A stretch of 64,000 bases of DNA from the human T2T-CHM13v2.0 reference genome, Homo sapiens: NCBI RefSeq assembly GCF_009914755.1, contig NC_060931.1; one strand, 5' to 3'. Position 1 is the first letter of the stretch. Each line of letters opens with the position of its first letter. The translations under genes and the position numbers were made by a program. The notes under the pieces are model-generated. The model was not told where the DNA came from. It saw only the letters and a list, made by a program, of their open reading frames with translations, and ran no database searches. This document shows positions 58,014 to 64,000 of the stretch, piece by piece.

Positions 58014-58134
58014 AGAAGAAGAAGAAGAAGAAGAAGAAGAAGAAGAAGAACAAGAAGAAGAAGAGGAAGAGGAAGAGGAAGAGGAAGAGGAAGAGAGGAA
58101 CAGAGAAAGAGAGAGAGAGAGGGAGAGAGGGAGA
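57944..58134. repeat. Compound (TG)n-(GA)n-(GAA)4 GAG (GAA)20 CAA (GAA)3 (GAGGAA)5 purine tract
   Basis: Counted directly; the pure (GAA)20 spans 57991-58050. Confidence 0.97.
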
Positions 58135-58325
58135 CTTGCTATGTTACCCAGACTTAAGTGCAGTCATGTGATCATAGCTCACTGCAGCCTGAAATTCCTG
58201 GGCTCAAGTGATCCAGTTGCCCCAGCCTCCGAGGTGACTAGGAACACAGGCACACACCACTATGCCCCGCTAATTTTTAATTTTTTTTGTAGAGACAGTG
58301 TTTCACTGTGTTGCCCAGGTTTGTC
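58130..58325 (-). mobile_element. Truncated AluJ
   Basis: gtgatcatagctcactgcagcc...tgttgcccagg; most of the left arm is missing. Confidence 0.85.
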
Positions 58326-59702
58326 ATGTCATGTAGCTTTAGAATGTGAAAATTTATATCACTGAATTTACATCTTTTTCCTTTACTCTTTTTGCATTTA
58401 ATGCTATAAAACTAAGCACCAATTAACTCATGACATAAATTTCAATAAGTTGTGTTTTCATCATTCAATTCCAAATATTTTCTTAATTGTTTTAAGATGT
58501 TTTTCCTTAAGCCATAATCTATTTAGATATGTATAATTAGTACACAAAGTCCTAATTATGTACTTAGAAATGTATGTATATATTTTCTAGATATATCACA
58601 GTTATTAATAATTTAATGTTGCTGTTCTTCAAAAACATACTCTATTCAGTATCTACTATAACAAAACTTTTGATTTATTTTATGTCCTAGTATATGGTTT
58701 ACGTCACTGAATGTTTCATTTACATTTGAGAAGGAAGTGTATTCTACAACCAATACATGTGGTATTTTATAAATATCAATTAGATCAAATTGGTTAGTAG
58801 TGTTCTTCAAATCTTCCATACATATCTCACTGATTTTTTGGCCTAACTCTTTTATCATTTACTAAAATAGTCATACCAAAGACTCTCCCATTACTAATTT
58901 ATAACTAGGTTTTCTTAAATAAAGAATTGTTATCTTTGCTACATATTTATGTTTCATGCATTTTCCATTACTTTCCTCAGAATCAGTGTTCTATATGTTA
59001 ACTCTTCTCTTCAGTCTAAAGAAAACCTTTCAACACTTTTTAATTTGCCAGGTCTGCTGGGAGTAATTTATTTCAGATTTTTCCTGAAATGCCTTCATTT
59101 ATTGATTCTTCCTCTGGTGTTTCTGAATAAATCTTCACGTCTAATGTGTGATCTTTTTTATTCTGTCACTTCCATTCAGCATTTTGAAAATGATCATATC
59201 TGCTGAAAAGCATCATTTGTTCTTACTTGTTACTCACCTTCGTTTCTAGATTCTTTAAGATATTTATGATAGTTACTTTAAAATCACTTTCTGATAATTT
59301 TGACTGCTCATCATTTCTAGATCTGATAGTATTGACTACTTTTTCTCTTAACGATCATAATATGGTCTTGCATTTTATAAAGCTTCACTGAATGTCTGAT
59401 ATTGTGTGCAAAAGAAAACAAAAGTGATGTAAATAATAGCATTTTCCATAAAAATTCAGTTCTTTCCATAGTCAGGTAATTAGTATAGGCCTCAGGGGTA
59501 AAAGGCCACTGTCTGATGCTCCGTATAAGGCTCAGATTGCCTATTAGCTTTATCTTTGTTCCTTCACATACTATCTCAGATTTCATCAGACCCTATGCTG
59601 CCTCACTGGTAGCAAATTTCTCTAATTTCTCCTGTTCCAATTCCTACAACAGATAATCATTCCCTTCATTAAAATTGCAGCTGTTTTTTTTCTTACAAGC
59701 AT

Positions 59703-60085
59703 TGTATTTGTCCATTCTCACACTGCTATTAAGAACTTCCTGAGACTGAGAAATTAATAAAGATAAGAAAGATGTATAATTAACTCATAGTTCCACATGC
59801 CATACAGGAGGCATGGCTGGGCAGCCTCAGGAGACTTACAATCATGGCAGAAGGGTGAAGGGGAAGCAAGCCCATCTTCACACGGCATCAGGAGAGTGAA
59901 AGGGGAAGTGTTATACACTTTTAAACAACCAGATTTCATGAGAACTCAGTCAGCTCAGTCATGAGAAGAGTAAGGGATAAATCTGCCCCCAATATCCAAT
60001 CATCTCCCACCAAGTCCCTTCCCTGACATTAGGGATTACAATTCAACACAAGATTTGGGTGGGGACAGAGAGCCAAACAATATCA
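59703..60085 (-). mobile_element. MSTA solo LTR
   Basis: tgtatt...tacaggaggcatggctggg...cttttaaacaaccagat...gccaaacaatatca. Confidence 0.88.
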
Positions 60086-60930
60086 GGCACCTAACATAGC
60101 TTCTTTCTCCTCCCACTATTCTTTCAAAGACTAAATCCACCACGGAACTTATTTAGCAGAAGCTTGTCACATTTTTAGATTTTAGTTCATTAGGTTTAAA
60201 TTCTGACCTCAGTTTTGTAATGGCTGAAAGTAACTATGGTTTTCAGTAATATTTGTGTTTACTCATTATTTGTTTCAAGTGGTATTTTCTACTGATTTCT
60301 CACCGGGCTAGTACTATTTCAATATGGCATTTAGAAATCAGGTGTTAAGTTAGCCTTTCTCTTCTGTAAATTAAAATATTTGTGAAATTATGGAAATGAG
60401 AAAAAAGCAACTATTGAAACTACAGTGAAGATCAATTTATCAATACTTCTGCTACAGCAGTCACTGTGGGGAACAACTTATTTTGTCCTGATATTTATAG
60501 TTTTCTTGGGTAAAGTGATAGAAATTTGAGAGAAAAAAGAAAAGTCTGTATAGCAGGTATATTGAAGATTATAGGCTTATACTTTTTCAGAGAAACAGAC
60601 AAAATGTATTCCAAAATGAATAGAAACTGATAAGAATACAGTTAACAAGAAGTGGGCTAGTTTACGTAAACACATACTCCTCTTTAGAAGGGCAAATAGG
60701 AAGAAATATGATGGAATTTACACATTGGAGGTCATTTCATGGAAAATCCGTATACTTTGTCAAATACGTATTAATCTAGCTACACTTATTATATACTATG
60801 TATGTACGAAAACAAGGAAACTATAAATCAACTAAATTAAATATCTTGGGGGAGCCAGGCCATATATTGCAAAAGGAATTTGCTATAATAATCAGAAGAT
60901 AACTTAGAAAGTGGATTAAAGTTTTGTAAT

Positions 60931-61203
60931 AAAAACTTTATATATATATAATATTATATATATAAAACTTTATATATATTATATTATATATAAAACTTTA
61001 TATATATTATATTATATATAAAACTTTATATATATTATATTATATATAAAACTTTATATAATATATTATATATGAAACTTTATATATATTATACATATAC
61101 AACTTTATATATAATATACATTATATATTATATATAAAACATATATATAATATATAATATATAAAACTTTATATATATTATATATATAAAACTTTATATA
61201 ATA
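60931..61203. repeat. AT-rich minisatellite, ~28 bp unit aaaactttatatatattatattatatat, ~10 copies
   Basis: Recurring aaaacttta anchor; three consecutive identical units. Confidence 0.93.
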
Positions 61204-61794
61204 AATTAATTTTCTACTTGAATATTATGGATTATGAGGAGAAAAGAGAGACAAAAAGAAAAAATAGAATATAAAAGATAGTTCATTATGATAACGAAGA
61301 ATGAAAATTATTTAGAAATAAAAAACTGTATTAAACTCTTTATTGGAGAAAGTTGGAAGCAGCATCTTAGCTATAAAAAATTAAATCATATATACACTGA
61401 CCATTGGAAACAAAGAAAGTGAGAAAACAAAATGATTAACATGGAGAAAATTAAGCAAATATTAACTTTCAAGATAAAAATTTTCTTAAAGGTAAAAGAT
61501 AAAATAATTGCAATAGAAAGAAAATAAATAATAAGTTAATAAGTTGAAACAATTGCATATAAAGCTTAAAAAATTTTATTTATTTTTAATAAATTAAAAA
61601 TAAATAAAATTTTTATTATTTGTAATAAAACCGTACTTTATTCTAGAAAAAATTGTAAAAATACAAAAAAAGAAAATAAGAATTATTCTTGTTCTCATCA
61701 CCCCTAATTATTGTATCTCTTTTCAGCCACACCTTTTTAAAAAATTATAATCATATCAAACACTTTATTTCCAAATATAGTTATTGCTTCTTGT

Positions 61795-61940
61795 AATTCT
61801 AAAATTCATAAGCTCTATGGTAAAGACATTATTTTGTCTACTATTCAGAACCTAAAACAGTAACTTTTGTATAGTAGATGTTCCCTAAACATTTTCTTCT
61901 TTTTTTTCCTTAACACTTCTGAATGAGTAAATAAATCAAT
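61795..61940 (+). mobile_element. L2 3' end
   Basis: ataagctctatggtaaagac...tatagtagatgttccctaaacattt...tgaatgagtaaat. Confidence 0.5.
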
Positions 61941-64000
61941 ACATATTCATTGGTTAAAAAACTGTTAGAAATAAATGAAAACACAAAGAATAAAAGTCTT
62001 CTATAGTCACATTGCAGTGATAACCAATGTCAATTTTATATATACATATATATATCTGCCCAGATTTTTTAATTACATATGTGTATGTATTTAAAATGAG
62101 ATATCTTGTATACACCAAAATACATATTTAATGTGGTTTCAGTTATTCTTCAGTCTTTTTCTGTAAGCACGTTTTTTCAGAAATTCTCAAAGCCCAGCCT
62201 GGGTTTGAGAAGGGAGATGTTTATCTTGGAACCATGGCAAAGGCAAGGCCACAAAATTTGAAGAGCCAAACAAAGACCATTGAATGAGCTTATCCACCTT
62301 CCTCTAATCTTACACATGCTTGAAAAAGACCTCTGGTGTTTTCTTAAGATCACAGCTAAGTTTTATCAAAAGAAAAGCACAAACAGGAGAGTGTTGCAAC
62401 AACTATTAATTACGTATTAAACTGGTTATTTTCTTTATAAATACATTACTTTCTATTTAGAACACCTGGTATTATATAATAAATTCATTTTCTTATATAA
62501 GATTTTTACTTTGCATACCTCAAATAATTGTTTAAGAATATGATGTAATGCTTTATTTGAAAGACATGAAAATTTAATTTAGTTTTACATAATGAGTATT
62601 TCTTCCAAGAAAGGAACTTTATAAGATTTTCCATAGGAAATGGCTTACGCATTTTGTATCATCAGATACCGGCCTATTTTAATGTTTTCCTAGTGTAATA
62701 ATTTTGTAGTGATCATAAAATATGTTACCCTAAATATTCTTTATTGTAAAAAGATTTTCTTTAGCTCTAGATCCACATAGCACCTAAAGCATCTGATAAC
62801 ACAGTGACTGATTGAATCTGATCTGAATTATAGTATTATGATCAAATGCACTGTGCATCTGACAAGTACACCAAAGAATGCATTGCAATGTGAAGCCAGA
62901 AGAGATATTAAATCCATGATTTAACTATCTACAATTTATGCTCATAAGATTTATATCTTAACTATCCTTAAATAAAAACAGCCATACTGATGGTAGTAAA
63001 AAGGGTTTCCTATTTAAGTGTGAATCAGAGAAGACAGTAAAATGAAGTAGAAATCATTTCAGCTCTTTTCTCACAGTACATCACCTTGAGAGGTAATGTA
63101 ATGATTTTCATGAAGTACCAGAATGTTTTATATGTAGCCTCTCTAGAAATTGAACTGTTAAATCATGTACGACTAAATGAACCCTAATTAATTTATGTCA
63201 CAGAACATTAATCAAAAACATGCCCATGTATAAGCTGGTATATATCTCTAAAATAAAACAGAATGAAAAGTGCAATTTGGAAAAGTAATAAGTTTAATTA
63301 ATACACATTTTAGAATACACAGGGTAATGTGTATATTTCTTTTATAGATAAGGACATTACAGTAAACATATAAACTATTTTTTATATCTGGGCACTATTT
63401 ATATCTGGGTTGGGTAAGAAGGATTTTACCTTCCATTAAGGGAAAGTCTATAAATCATAAAGATATAAAATAAGTCCTCTAAGGTAATTCAGGCAGGTCA
63501 TAGAGAGTTAGTGTACTTGTATTTCAAATTTAAATCTAATTACAGTATATAGTAGTCTGTATTAGTCCTTTGTTAGCAAAGAATACTCTTCGAGCTATTT
63601 TCTGAATAAATGTGCTATCTGAGTACATGTGCAAACTTCATATATAATTTCTACATAAGAAATTATAGCAGGCCAAGAAGTATTTTCTCTAAATAAATGA
63701 AATAATGTCTGTACCAAGTAAATGACCTTTCTTTAGTTTTTTCATATTTTATTATCCAAGACCTTCTCATATACTTTCTACCTATCTTTGCATTATTTAT
63801 TTTGGTAGAAACATTTCTATAGAAATATACCACTCTAGATTTACAGCGATGCTTGTAATTTAATTATCATTGTCTACAAATTCTGACCTGCTCATAAGTA
63901 ATGTAATAATTGAATATATTTAACCCCAATATTATTTAAACAGTTGAAGTAATTACCATATGCTTAAGACCTACTTTTTTCGTCTACTGGGGCAAAATGA

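Larger units (their letters stand above)
55423..59600 (-). mobile_element. Old L1M ORF2/ORF1 fragments with nested insertions
   Basis: ttttaatttgcatttc, ggaacaccttgtcttcttcctta, tttgagaaggaagtgtattct antisense L1 motifs. Confidence 0.65.

Noticed and set aside
57991-58050. Identification as a known disease GAA locus (FXN, FGF14)
   Set aside because: The context (outside an antisense AluJ end, within old L1) does not match what I recall for those loci; no support
57876-58171. Poly-Arg and poly-Lys ORFs
   Set aside because: They are translations of the GAA microsatellite, not protamine-like genes
60931-61203. CRISPR-like repeat-spacer array
   Set aside because: Eukaryotic DNA; the apparent spacers are just TA runs and there are no cas genes

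Overview
This is AT-rich simian primate genomic DNA, most likely human or ape given AluY and L1PA3/PA4-type elements. It is made almost entirely of interspersed repeats: old L1M fragments, younger L1PA insertions, Alus, MaLR (THE1/MST) elements, ERV1/ERVL LTRs, and MIR/L2 remnants. I found no credible protein-coding gene, RNA gene or CRISPR array; the longer ORFs mostly fall within L1, Alu, LTR or simple-repeat sequence and none looks like a host gene. LTRs lie in both orientations, so the window looks intergenic or deep-intronic. I see no evidence of a new biological system. The most interesting signals are mechanistic scars: (1) a polyadenylated, TSD-flanked, 5'-inverted copy of an ERVL LTR transcript at 55.7-56.2 kb, apparently mobilised by L1; (2) a ~75 bp fold-back and tandem templated insertion at a ~0.8 kb deletion in L1PA12 ORF2 at 52.5 kb; (3) a ~30 bp L1 3' tip replacing the linker of an AluJ; (4) three more twin-priming L1 inversions; (5) a probable ~3.3 kb inversion inside an old L1. 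Subfamily names come from remembered consensus features, not from a database search.
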